Source of the DNA: Capsulimonadaceae bacterium
GTDB taxonomy: Bacteria; Armatimonadota; Armatimonadia; Armatimonadales; Capsulimonadaceae
Assembly (NCBI GenBank): GCA_965215505.1
Contig: OZ244065.1
Span: 4,480,001-4,544,000 of the forward strand
Direction of reading: 5' to 3'
Length of the DNA: 64,000 nucleotides
A model generated the notes under the pieces. That model saw nothing but the letters and a program-made list of their open reading frames with translations, had not been told where the DNA came from and ran no database searches. A program made the translations under genes and the position numbers. The first letter of the stretch is position 1, and each line of letters starts with the position of its first letter. Positions 48,447 through 58,118 of this stretch are shown here, one piece after another.

Positions 48447-49919
48447 ATGACCAATGTTCGCGTGCGCTTCGCGCCGTCCCCGACCGGGGCGCTGCACATC
48501 GGCGGCATCCGCACCGCCTTCTGGGACTGGCTGTATGCCCGGCACACCGGCGGGACCTTCGTCCTGCGGATCGAGGACACCGACAAGAACCGCGAGACGG
48601 CGGACGGCGTCCAGGTCATCCTCGACTCGCTGCGCGAGTACGGGCTGGACTACGACGAGGGGCCGGAGAAGGGCGGGCCGCACGCGCCCTACATCCAGTC
48701 GCAGCGGCTCCCCCTCTACCACAAGTACGCCGAACAGCTCATCGCCGAGGGCAAAGCCTACCGGGCCTACGACACGCCCGAGGAGCTGGCCCGGATGCGC
48801 GAGAACCAGCAGAAGCGCGGCCTGCCGCCCGGCTATGACCGCCGCCATCGGCATTTAAACGACGCCGAGCGGGCCGACTATGAGAGGACGCGCGGCGAGT
48901 TTGCCACCGTCCGCTTCGCCGTGCCCCTGGAGGGCAAGACGACGTTTGAAGATGCCGTCTACGGGGAGATCACGGTCGAGAACCGCATCCTGGAAGACGC
49001 CATCCTGCTGAAGTCCGACGGCTACCCGACTTATCATCTGGCCGCGCAAGTAGACGACCACCTGATGGAGATCTCGCATGTGCTGCGCGGCGAGGAGTGG
49101 CTGCCCTCCGCGCCCATGCACATCCTGATTCACCGGGCTTTAGGCTGGGAGCCGCCGATCTACGCCCACCTGCCCGTGATGATGGGGCCGGACAAGAAGA
49201 AGTTCGGCAAGCGCAACGGGGCACTTGGGGCGTTGGAGTATCCCAAGCAGGGCTATTTGCGGGCGGCCTCGCTGAACTTCCTCGCCATGCAGGGCTGGTC
49301 GCCCAAGGAGGAGCGCGACCTGTTCACGGTGCCCGAGCTAGTGGAGCGGTTCGACCTTGACGGCATCCTGAACCGCTCGCCGATCAGCGACCCCGAGAAG
49401 TTGCTCTGGTTCAATGGCCAGTACATCCGGCAATTAACGCTGCCGGACCTCGCCGCCCAGACCCTGCCGTTCCTGCGCGAAGCGGGCCTGGTCGGTGCCG
49501 ATTCGGACGCCCAAACGCTGGACTACATCGGCCGCGTCCTGGCCTTGGAGCAGGAGCGGATGAAGACCCTGGCCGAAGCGCCCGCCCTGGCCGACTTCTT
49601 CCTGCTAGGCGACGACGAGTATCTGTTCGACGACAAGGCCGTCGCCAAATGGTTCACGAGTCCCGGCATCGGCGACCGTCTGCGCCGCGTCCGCGCGGGC
49701 TTCGCAGACGTGGAAGTGTTCGACGAGGCGGCGACCGAGCAGGTCGTCCGGGACACCATCACGGAGTTCGAGGTCAAGGGCGGCGAGGTCATCCACCCCG
49801 TCCGCGTCGCCCTCTCAGGCCGGACGACCGGGCCTGGCCTGTTCGAGATGATCGCCGTTCTGGGCCGCGAACGCTGCCTGCGCCGTCTGGACCGGGCGCT
49901 GGGGATGGTGGGGGCCTGA
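48447..49919 (+). CDS. gltX: glutamate--tRNA ligase
   Basis: RVRFAPSPTGALHIGG, LRIEDTD, HVLRGEEW, KKFGKR. Confidence 0.97.
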   Translation: MTNVRVRFAPSPTGALHIGGIRTAFWDWLYARHTGGTFVLRIEDTDKNRETADGVQVILDSLREYGLDYDEGPEKGGPHAPYIQSQRLPLYHKYAEQLIAEGKAYRAYDTPEELARMRENQQKRGLPPGYDRRHRHLNDAERADYERTRGEFATVRFAVPLEGKTTFEDAVYGEITVENRILEDAILLKSDGYPTYHLAAQVDDHLMEISHVLRGEEWLPSAPMHILIHRALGWEPPIYAHLPVMMGPDKKKFGKRNGALGALEYPKQGYLRAASLNFLAMQGWSPKEERDLFTVPELVERFDLDGILNRSPISDPEKLLWFNGQYIRQLTLPDLAAQTLPFLREAGLVGADSDAQTLDYIGRVLALEQERMKTLAEAPALADFFLLGDDEYLFDDKAVAKWFTSPGIGDRLRRVRAGFADVEVFDEAATEQVVRDTITEFEVKGGEVIHPVRVALSGRTTGPGLFEMIAVLGRERCLRRLDRALGMVGA

Positions 49920-49920
49920 T

Positions 49921-50118
49921 ATGGAACTGCTGCGGCGGATACGTCGATCTTTTCGGAGGTTCGGGAACCGTCCCGGCGTATGCCCTGACTGCGATTCGGA
50001 GGACGTTACTCTAAAGATGACCGAATGGATCATCGGCGCTCAGGTTGAGAACGCGGGCCGAACCGCCTTCCTTCGGCTCTGTGAAACCTGCGGGCACGAG
50101 TGGCAAAGGAAGCCATAA
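49921..50118 (+). CDS. small zinc-ribbon protein
   Basis: CPDC...CETCGHEW; starts 1 nt after gltX. Confidence 0.6.
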   Translation: MELLRRIRRSFRRFGNRPGVCPDCDSEDVTLKMTEWIIGAQVENAGRTAFLRLCETCGHEWQRKP

Positions 50119-50221
50119 ACATGTCACCCATCTGCCCGCTCCGCCAAGCAATCGGTCACTACTTATTTTTCACGCTTCCCTAACAGGGAAGGGTCGGCGC
50201 TCGCGCCGGGGTTAGGTTCTT

Positions 50222-50953
50222 ATGGAAATCACGGACGTCAACACGCTGTTCGGGGCCTACCCCGCCCAGCACGCCGACAGCAGCCCCGAGTCGCTGGTCG
50301 AGGTGATGCGCGCGCAGGGCGTGGACTGGTGCCTCGCCCTCTCCACCTGGGGCCTGTTCCACTCAGCGGAAGCGGGCAACGCGGAAACCATGCGGGCCTG
50401 CCAGGCGCACGACCACCTGATCCCCGTCGCCACGGTCAACCCCTGCCACTACTGGGGCCAGGAAGGCATGATCGAGGGCATCGCCGAGGGGGCCTTCGAA
50501 ATGTTCCGGTTCTTCCCGCACCTCCAGGGCTGGCCGCTCGAATTCGCGCCCTTCATGCGGATACTCTCCGTCCTGGGCCGGTCCGCGCGGACGCCCATCA
50601 TGGTGAGCGTCGAGGCGCGCGGCGAGGCGACCCAGCTCCTGCGCCTGCTGGACGACTTCCCGCACCCGGTCATCCTGGCGGGCGTCTCGCCCGCGACCTT
50701 GACCGAGGCCGTCTCGCTGATGCGGGTGCATGAGAACCTGTACGTCGAGACCAGCGCCCTACTCGCGCCCCACGCCCTGCCCCTGCTGCGGGACGCGGCG
50801 GGCATCGGGCGCGTCCTGTTCGGGTCCGACGCGCCGGGGCGCTCGCTGGCCGCCGCGCTCGGCTATGTGCGGGCCTCCGGGCTGTCCCCGGCGGACCAGG
50901 ACGCGGTCCTGTCGGGCAACGCCCAGCGGGTCTGGCACGGCGGGGGAGAATAG
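50222..50953 (+). CDS. amidohydrolase-family protein
   Basis: VATVNP, NLYVETS, RVLFGSDAP, LSGNA. Confidence 0.85.
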   Translation: MEITDVNTLFGAYPAQHADSSPESLVEVMRAQGVDWCLALSTWGLFHSAEAGNAETMRACQAHDHLIPVATVNPCHYWGQEGMIEGIAEGAFEMFRFFPHLQGWPLEFAPFMRILSVLGRSARTPIMVSVEARGEATQLLRLLDDFPHPVILAGVSPATLTEAVSLMRVHENLYVETSALLAPHALPLLRDAAGIGRVLFGSDAPGRSLAAALGYVRASGLSPADQDAVLSGNAQRVWHGGGE

Positions 50954-50956
50954 ATT

Positions 50957-51718
50957 ATGCCGACTCTTGATGTCCACGCCTACTACGGCGCGACGCCCTT
51001 CTCGTCCGACATGGCGACCCGCGACTCGCTGCTGGCGACCCTGCGGCGGGACGGCCTCGACGGGGCCGTACTCATCTCCGGGCTTGCCGCCGACTGCGAC
51101 TTCGTGGCCGGCAACCGGCAGCTCCGCGAGGCCGTCTCGTCCGAGGACGGCCTGTTCGGGTGGGTGACTCTGAACGCGGGCTACCCGGTCGAGTCGCAGG
51201 AGGAGCAGCGGCGGCACATGAACCGGCGCGGCATGGTCGGCGCGGCCCTGTTCGGGACGCCGGGGCGGCCCGTGACCCTGACCGACGCCCGCGAGATATT
51301 GAACGCCCAGCGGCGCTACGCCAAGCCCGTCGCGATCTCGGTCCCCGACGCCGACGCGGTCCACGCCGCCCGGCTGATCGCTGCCGAGTTCCCCGCCATG
51401 CGCTTCGTCTTCCTGGGCATGGGCGGCGAGGACTGGCGCACCGCCGTCGCCGTGGCGAAGCAGCACCTGAACGTCTATCTAGAGGTTTCGGGCAGCCTGG
51501 ACGCCGACAAGGTGGCCCAGGCCTCCTCCGTCGTGACCGCCCGCAAGCTGCTCTACGGCAGCGGCCTGCCCCACGGCAGCCCGCACCTGACGCGCGCCCT
51601 GGTCGAGAGCGCGTCGACCCTGACGCGGTCCGACAGGAACCGCATCCTGTCCGAGAACGCCGCCGCCCTGCTGCGGACCTCGGTCGAGCCGGAAGAGGGG
51701 GAAGACGGGGCGGAATGA
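50957..51718 (+). CDS. amidohydrolase-family protein
   Basis: DVHAY, GMGG, NVYLEVSG, KLLYGSG, ILSENA. Confidence 0.85.
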   Translation: MPTLDVHAYYGATPFSSDMATRDSLLATLRRDGLDGAVLISGLAADCDFVAGNRQLREAVSSEDGLFGWVTLNAGYPVESQEEQRRHMNRRGMVGAALFGTPGRPVTLTDAREILNAQRRYAKPVAISVPDADAVHAARLIAAEFPAMRFVFLGMGGEDWRTAVAVAKQHLNVYLEVSGSLDADKVAQASSVVTARKLLYGSGLPHGSPHLTRALVESASTLTRSDRNRILSENAAALLRTSVEPEEGEDGAE

Positions 51719-51730
51719 GCCGTCACCCGA

Positions 51731-52183
51731 ATGCCTGAAGTCAAGTTCACGGCGCAGAGCTATCTGGCGGCGGCTCAAGAACACCTCTCCGCCTCCCGCC
51801 GTCTGCATGAGGCCGCCTCGTTCTTCCTGGCGCACTACATCGCCGGGCTTGCCGTGGAGTGCATCCTGCGGGCACACGCGCGTCAGGCGGATGACACGTT
51901 CACGGGCAGACACGACCTGAGCCAGCTCGCGGCGCAGGGCAACTTCTTCAGCCTGGCGCGTGGCGGGAAGCAGATCGAGTATGACGCGAAGCTGAACGAG
52001 ATCAACCTGCGCGGGCGGAGCAACCAGCGTTACATGACCGAAAGCCAGTTGCTATCTTATCTGAACAACACCCGGCTGGACTGGCGGGCCCGTGGGGACC
52101 GGATGAAGTACAACAGCAAGCGGATGTACAACCTCGCGGAAGAAACCGTAGGCTTGGGGGTGCTGAAGTGGAAGAACGAATAA
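51731..52183 (+). CDS. HEPN-domain protein
   Basis: YIAGLAVECILRA ... RHDL pattern. Confidence 0.7.
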   Translation: MPEVKFTAQSYLAAAQEHLSASRRLHEAASFFLAHYIAGLAVECILRAHARQADDTFTGRHDLSQLAAQGNFFSLARGGKQIEYDAKLNEINLRGRSNQRYMTESQLLSYLNNTRLDWRARGDRMKYNSKRMYNLAEETVGLGVLKWKNE

Positions 52184-52416
52184 AAGAAGCACTGCAACGG
52201 AATTTCGTGGGCGCGCAGGTCTACCTGCGGCAAGACGATGGGGCAGAAAAAGTCAATGGGTATGTACTCTGGGAGGGCTTCTCCGGACACGACTTCCTCT
52301 GGCGTCAGAACTCCTTGCACCGTGTGCTGCGCCGCGAGTTCGGGGCGGAAGCGCAGGGCATCGCACACCTGTTCACCTACACGCCGAACGAGTACGAACA
52401 GATGACTGCCGTCTGA
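52168..52416 (+). CDS. small hypothetical protein overlapping the HEPN gene
   Basis: 82 aa, GTG start within the HEPN gene end. Confidence 0.65.
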   Translation: MEERIKEALQRNFVGAQVYLRQDDGAEKVNGYVLWEGFSGHDFLWRQNSLHRVLRREFGAEAQGIAHLFTYTPNEYEQMTAV

Positions 52417-52463
52417 GATGCCCTGCGTATGATGCCCTGCGTATTGAGAAAAGGTGAGACGGA

Positions 52464-54266
52464 ATGAGCGAGGCCCCCACTGCCGACAGGGCCGAGCGCC
52501 GTGTCGTCGCCGCCCTGCTCGCCTTCACCCTGCTCGCCTCCACCCTGCCGTATGCCCTGGGGTACTTCCTCGCGCCCGTGATCGGGCCGCAGGGGACCAC
52601 CTTCATCGGCACCCCCTACAATATTGACGACTACTGCAACTACCTGTCCTGGCTGCGGCAGATGGCCGACGGCCGGTTCTTCCTGCACAACATGTTCACG
52701 ACGGACGCCCAGAACGACCTGGAGTTCAACGTCTTCTTCTGGGTGCTGGGGCGCGTTATGGCCCTCACCCACTGCTCCCCCCAGGCCGTTCTGCAAGGGG
52801 CGCGGCTGGCCGGCGGCGGCGTGCTGCTGCGGCTCGTCTATCGCTTCTACCGGCACTGCCTCCCCGCCGACCGGAACGCCCGTCTGACCGCCTTCGGCTT
52901 CGCCTGCCTGTCCAGCGGGTTCGGCTGGGTGCAGTGGTCGCACTGGCGCGACAAGAACCTCCCCGGCGCACCCGTGGACGCCTGGCAGCCGGAGGCGTAC
53001 ACCTTCCTCAGCGTCTACACGTCGGCCCTGATGACCGTCAGCACCGTCTTCATCGTGGGCGCGCTGTATGCGCTCCTGCGCGGCGAGCAGACCGGCAAAA
53101 TGCGCTACGCGGTCTATGCGGGGCTGTGCGGCGGCATCCTGGGCAACATGCACTCCTACGACGTCCTGCACCTGTCGGCGGCCTGGGGCCTGTTCCTCGT
53201 CGTCTGGACCATCTTCAAACGCGGCCGAGGCGTCGCCCCGAGCTGGGCGCGCGCCCTCGTCGCCCTCGGCTTGACCCTGCCGACGACGCTCTACATGTAT
53301 CACGTTTTCAACGCCGAGGCGGTCTTCAAAGCCCGCGCGAACGTGCCGACTCTGTCCCCCGCCGTCTGGCACTACTTCCTGGCCTACGGGCTTGTCTTCC
53401 TGCTGGCGGTCGTGGCGGCAGTGAAGATGATCCGGTCAGCCCCCACCCCCCGCCCCTCCCCCGCAAGCGGGAGAGGGGAGCCGGATGGAGAAGGTCTGGA
53501 TAGAGAAGGTGCGGGTAGTCTCCATTCCCCTTCTGAATCCAAATCTGACTCCCCTCTCCCGCTTGCGGGGGAGGGGCGGGGGGTGGGGGCCTCCCTCCCC
53601 CTCGTCTTCGCCCTCTGCTGGGCCGTCGGCGGCTTGCTGGTCTGCTACCTGCCCTTCGCCTTCCAGCGCAAGATGCTGATGGGCGAACACATCCCCCTGT
53701 GCCTGCTGGCCGGGGTCGGCGCGGCCTGGCTGGCGCGTCGCCATGCGCCCCGTGTTCAGGTGCTTGTCCTCGCCCTGCTCGTGCTGGCCTCCGCCCCCTC
53801 CAACGCCCTGTTCCTGCTCCGCGACATGCATCACCTCACGACCGACCACAGCGAGACGCACCTGTTCCCCTTCCTGCCCGCAGACCTCGTGGACGTGTAC
53901 CGCTGGCTCCGGGCGGAGACGCCCGCCGAGGCGGCCGTGGTCGGGCCGCCCGGCTACTGCACCTACCTCCCCGGCGAGGCGGGCCGCGTCGTCTGGGCCG
54001 GCCACTGGGCCGAGACGCCGCACTACGGCCGCAAGGACGCCGAGTTCGCCGACGCCTTCGACCGCGTCGCCTCGGACTATGGACGCCATCAGTTCCTGCT
54101 GGACACCAAGGCGCAGTACCTGTTCTATCCCAACGAGATCACCCCGACCGACACGTTCAAGCGCCGCGACGGGCCGCATCATTGGGTGGAACTGACCAAG
54201 GCGCCTCCGCCGTACCTGAGAGAAGTCTACAAGAACGGCTCGTTCACGGTGTACGAGATACGGTAG
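52464..54266 (+). CDS. polytopic membrane protein (possible GT-C-type glycosyltransferase)
   Basis: Many TM helices, DD in first loop, C-terminal soluble domain (GHWAET); contains an in-frame palindrome insertion. Confidence 0.75.
   Translation: MSEAPTADRAERRVVAALLAFTLLASTLPYALGYFLAPVIGPQGTTFIGTPYNIDDYCNYLSWLRQMADGRFFLHNMFTTDAQNDLEFNVFFWVLGRVMALTHCSPQAVLQGARLAGGGVLLRLVYRFYRHCLPADRNARLTAFGFACLSSGFGWVQWSHWRDKNLPGAPVDAWQPEAYTFLSVYTSALMTVSTVFIVGALYALLRGEQTGKMRYAVYAGLCGGILGNMHSYDVLHLSAAWGLFLVVWTIFKRGRGVAPSWARALVALGLTLPTTLYMYHVFNAEAVFKARANVPTLSPAVWHYFLAYGLVFLLAVVAAVKMIRSAPTPRPSPASGRGEPDGEGLDREGAGSLHSPSESKSDSPLPLAGEGRGVGASLPLVFALCWAVGGLLVCYLPFAFQRKMLMGEHIPLCLLAGVGAAWLARRHAPRVQVLVLALLVLASAPSNALFLLRDMHHLTTDHSETHLFPFLPADLVDVYRWLRAETPAEAAVVGPPGYCTYLPGEAGRVVWAGHWAETPHYGRKDAEFADAFDRVASDYGRHQFLLDTKAQYLFYPNEITPTDTFKRRDGPHHWVELTKAPPPYLREVYKNGSFTVYEIR
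53439..53590. repeat. 152-bp palindromic element with perfect 42-bp terminal IRs, inside a CDS
   Basis: GCCCCCACCCCCCGCCCCTCCCCCGCAAGCGGGAGAGGGGAG and its exact reverse complement at 53549-53590. Confidence 0.92.
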
Positions 54267-54303
54267 GTTGCATTTCCTGCCTGACTTACGATATAATATC
54301 CTG

Positions 54304-55746
54304 ATGACAATTGTAAGCGAAGTGCCCCCGTCGGGCCTGAACTCCATAGAACTGCCGGGCACCGGGCGGGGCGGCTACACCGTCTTGACCTGGGGCTGCC
54401 AGATGAACGAGGACGACTCGGCCCAAATGGCCGCCATGCTCGAAGGGCAGGGGTACGTCCCCGCCGAGCGGATCGAGGACGCCTCGGTCATCCTGCTCAA
54501 CACCTGCTCCGTCCGCGCAAAGCCCGAGCGCAAGGCCTACAGCAAGTTGGGCGAGCTGCGCGAGCTGAAGGCGCTGAACCCCGACCTCGTGATCGGCGTC
54601 TGCGGCTGCATGGCGCAGAAGGAAGCGCCCGAGATCCGGCGCCGCGCCCCCTATGTGGACCTCGTCGTCGGGACGGGCCAGATAGACCGCGTCCCGGCCC
54701 TCGTGGAGCGGGTCCGGGCCGAGCGGTCGGCAATCATCGCCACCGAACTGCCCTCGCGCCGGGACCGTAATGATAAGTTCACGCCGCTCCGCGTCGTGGG
54801 CGTGCCGCGCGGGACCGCCCCCAAGCTGAAGTCGTTCGTGTCCATCTCCTATGGATGCGACAAGTTCTGCGAGTTCTGCATCGTCCCCATCACGCGCGGC
54901 AAGGAGCGGTCCCGGCCCGCCGATGACATTGTTCTGGAAGTGGAGAGGCTGGCCTCGCTCGGCACCAAGCAGGTGACACTGCTGGGGCAGACCGTGAACT
55001 CCTACGGCAAGTTTCTGGACGAGCCGTGTTCCTTCGCGCATCTATTGGAGCGTCTGAACGCCATCGAGGGCATCGAGCGGATACGCTACACCTCGCCATA
55101 CCCCAAGGACTTCCATCAGGACGTCATTGACGCCATCGCCGGGCTTCCTAAAGTCTGTGAGCAGGTGCATATGCCCGTGCAAGTGGGCGACGACGTTCTG
55201 CTGAAACGGATGCACCGTGGGTACACTCTCGACCAGTACAAAGACATCGTGGCCCGCCTCCGGGCCGCCGTCCCGGACGTGGGGCTGACGACGGACCTGA
55301 TGCTCGGCTTTCCCGGCGAGACGCACGAGCAGTTCGAAAACACCTTGCGGTTCGTGGCCGAGACGCGCTACGACGCCGCCTTCATGTTCGCCTACTCGCC
55401 GCGCGAGGGGACGAAAGCGGCCGTCCTGGACGACCAGATCCCCGAGGCCGTCAAGATGGCCCGGCTGAACGAATTGATAGAACTGCAAAATCGGATCACC
55501 CTGCAAATGAACGCGGAGCAGGTGGGGAACGTCTATGAGGTGCTGGTCGAGCGGCGCAGCCCCAAGGACCCCCTGAAGTGGACCGGGCTGAACCGGCAGG
55601 GCAAGACGATCAACTTCCCCGCTTCGCGCGACCTGGAAGGCCAGCTAGTCCGCGTGAAAGCCGTCAAGTCGCACCTATGGGGCTTCACGGGCGAGATGCT
55701 GCCCGCGCGCACGGGGCGCGGGCTGACGCTTACGATGGCGGAGTAG
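54304..55746 (+). CDS. miaB: tRNA-2-methylthio-N6-dimethylallyladenosine synthase
   Basis: TWGCQMN, NTCSVR, GCMAQ, CDKFCEFC radical-SAM motif, TRAM domain. Confidence 0.96.
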   Translation: MTIVSEVPPSGLNSIELPGTGRGGYTVLTWGCQMNEDDSAQMAAMLEGQGYVPAERIEDASVILLNTCSVRAKPERKAYSKLGELRELKALNPDLVIGVCGCMAQKEAPEIRRRAPYVDLVVGTGQIDRVPALVERVRAERSAIIATELPSRRDRNDKFTPLRVVGVPRGTAPKLKSFVSISYGCDKFCEFCIVPITRGKERSRPADDIVLEVERLASLGTKQVTLLGQTVNSYGKFLDEPCSFAHLLERLNAIEGIERIRYTSPYPKDFHQDVIDAIAGLPKVCEQVHMPVQVGDDVLLKRMHRGYTLDQYKDIVARLRAAVPDVGLTTDLMLGFPGETHEQFENTLRFVAETRYDAAFMFAYSPREGTKAAVLDDQIPEAVKMARLNELIELQNRITLQMNAEQVGNVYEVLVERRSPKDPLKWTGLNRQGKTINFPASRDLEGQLVRVKAVKSHLWGFTGEMLPARTGRGLTLTMAE

Positions 55747-55756
55747 GGTTTCATCT

Positions 55757-57172
55757 ATGAGCAAAGGCAAAAAGATCGCGCTGTGGTCTACCCTGACCGT
55801 TCTTTTCCTGGTCGCATTCGGGGCGACCGCGTTGCTGCGGACTTACGGCAAGATGATCCACGCGGGCGGCGGCTTTAAAGGCATCGGCCGGACCATCAGA
55901 GGCATCGGGGAGACACTGCACCCCAAAGAGGGCTTCCCAGGTCAGGACAAGCTCACCATCGTCTGCATGGGGATCGACGACAACTGGACCAACAACGATG
56001 TCGTCTACACGGCCAACGCCCGCACCGACACCCTGTTTGTCCTGACGCTCGACCTGAAGAACAAGAAGGCGACGATGCTTTCTATCCCGCGCGACACCTA
56101 CGCCCACATCGTCGGCACCAAGAACGACTGGCACTTCAAGATCAACGCCGCCTACACTACGGGCGGGCCGCTCCGCACCGTCGCCACCGTGAACGAGTTC
56201 CTGGGGACCAGCGCCGACCACTACATGGTGCTGAACATTGACGCCACCAAAAAGATGGTAGACGCCATCGGCGGCGTGGACGTGAACGTCGAACACGAGA
56301 TGCACTACCACGACAAGTGGGGCCACCTCAGCATTGACCTCCACCCCGGCGAGCAGCACCTGATGGGCGACGACGCAGTCGGGTTTGCCCGCTACCGCCA
56401 CCCGGACGCGGGCAAAAAGATCACGCCCGAGGACGGCGACGAGCGCCGCATGTACCGCCAGCACCTCCTGCTGCGCGCGATGGTGGACAGGGGCAAGACC
56501 TTCGCGAACGTCGCGCAGGCCCCGCACCTGGTGGACGTCGCCATGGGGTCCATCCGCACCGACCTGACTCGCCAGCAGCTCTTCGACCTGGCCGCGATCT
56601 TCAAGGGCGTCCAGCAGAACGACATCCAGACCGCCTCCATCCCCGGCGATGACTTCCGGGGCGAGGACGGTGCGTGGCTCTACCGGATCAAGCCCGAGAT
56701 CGCCCACGCCTACGCCGACTGGCTGGTCAAGGGCGACCCGACTGCCCCCCGCCGGCTGGTCACGGTGGTCGTCAAGAACGGCACCCTGACGCCGGGCCTG
56801 GCCCAGCGCGCCGTGGAGCAGCTCCGGGCGATGGGCTACACGGACGTCCAGAACGGCGGCAACGCCGACCGGCCCCGCCTCCAGATGGCCTCGGTGAAAC
56901 CCTCCGGCAAGGCGGAAGTCCCCCGGACCACCCTGCTCGACACGGGCGTCGCCGACGCCGCCGCCCCCCAGGACGTCGCAAACCTGCTGGGCATCAGCGC
57001 GCCCGTGGCCTCGCGCCACCCGCTCAAGCCCAACAAACTCGGCTGGACACCCCCGCCCACCGTGACCGTGACGCTGGGCCAGGACTACGCCTCCGCCTAC
57101 AAAACCGCCGTCGCCAACGGCCTCCTCCCATCGCCGCGCATGGGGAGCGGTACGCCGGCGAGCGCGAACTAG
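55757..57172 (+). CDS. LCP (LytR-CpsA-Psr) family protein with LytR C-terminal domain
   Basis: ARTDTL, LSIPRDT, KINAAY, ARYRH, VKNGT..GLA, VTLGQD. Confidence 0.92.
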   Translation: MSKGKKIALWSTLTVLFLVAFGATALLRTYGKMIHAGGGFKGIGRTIRGIGETLHPKEGFPGQDKLTIVCMGIDDNWTNNDVVYTANARTDTLFVLTLDLKNKKATMLSIPRDTYAHIVGTKNDWHFKINAAYTTGGPLRTVATVNEFLGTSADHYMVLNIDATKKMVDAIGGVDVNVEHEMHYHDKWGHLSIDLHPGEQHLMGDDAVGFARYRHPDAGKKITPEDGDERRMYRQHLLLRAMVDRGKTFANVAQAPHLVDVAMGSIRTDLTRQQLFDLAAIFKGVQQNDIQTASIPGDDFRGEDGAWLYRIKPEIAHAYADWLVKGDPTAPRRLVTVVVKNGTLTPGLAQRAVEQLRAMGYTDVQNGGNADRPRLQMASVKPSGKAEVPRTTLLDTGVADAAAPQDVANLLGISAPVASRHPLKPNKLGWTPPPTVTVTLGQDYASAYKTAVANGLLPSPRMGSGTPASAN

Positions 57173-57200
57173 CCACGCCCGCTGGGGCAAGGGGGCCAGT

Positions 57201-58019
57201 GTGCAGCAGACCCCGATCCGCGCTTTGATGATCGGGGCGCATCCCGACGACTGCGAATATCTGGCCGGCGGGCTTGCCGCCAAGTACCGCGCCCTGGGCC
57301 ACACAGTCAAATTCGTGTCCGTGACCAACGGCAATGCCGGGCATCACGAGATGGGCGGCGGGCCGCTCGCCCGGCGGCGCTTGGAGGAGACGCGCCGCGT
57401 CTCCGCCCTGACCGGGATCGAGTACGAGATCCTGGACAATGACGACGGCAAATTAGAGGCCGATCTCGCCGCCCGCGCCCAGGTCATCAGCCTGATCCGT
57501 GCCTCCAAGCCTGACCTGATCTTCACCCACCGGACCAACGACTACCACCCCGACCACCGGCGCACCGGCATCCTCGTCCAGGACGCCTCCTACCTGATCC
57601 GCGTCCCCAACGTCTGCCCCCTCGCCCCCCACCTGAGCTACAGCCCGGTCATCCTGCACCTCCAGGACGGCTTCCAGAAGCCCATCCCGTTCTCGCCCGA
57701 TGTCGTCGTCGCCATTGACGACGTGCTGGACGACAAGGTCCGGATGCTCCACTGCCACGAGTCGCAGTTCTACGAGTGGCTGCCCTGGATCGGCGGCTAC
57801 GCCGACCATCTCCCCGACGGTGACGCGGCCCGCCTCGCCTGGATGCGCGAGCGCCGGGAAGAGTACGATGGCGAAGTCGCCGACCGCTTCCGCGGCCATC
57901 TCGTCGCCCGCTACGGCGAGGCGGAAGGCCGGGCCGTGCGGTGTGCCGAGGCGTTCGAAGTGAGCGAATACGGCCGCCCCCTCCCCCCGGACGAGGTCGC
58001 CCGCTGGTTCCCTTTGTAG
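57201..58019 (+). CDS. PIG-L family deacetylase
   Basis: GAHPDD, DYHPDH, HESQF, AEAF. Confidence 0.93.
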   Translation: MQQTPIRALMIGAHPDDCEYLAGGLAAKYRALGHTVKFVSVTNGNAGHHEMGGGPLARRRLEETRRVSALTGIEYEILDNDDGKLEADLAARAQVISLIRASKPDLIFTHRTNDYHPDHRRTGILVQDASYLIRVPNVCPLAPHLSYSPVILHLQDGFQKPIPFSPDVVVAIDDVLDDKVRMLHCHESQFYEWLPWIGGYADHLPDGDAARLAWMRERREEYDGEVADRFRGHLVARYGEAEGRAVRCAEAFEVSEYGRPLPPDEVARWFPL

Positions 58020-58118
58020 GGGCGAGGTTTCCCCGCCCTCCCTCATCCCGCCCTCGCCTTGCCATTCGCATTCCGTATCTGCTATAATCAAGAGGCCGTG
58101 TGATGGGAAGACTGCCTC

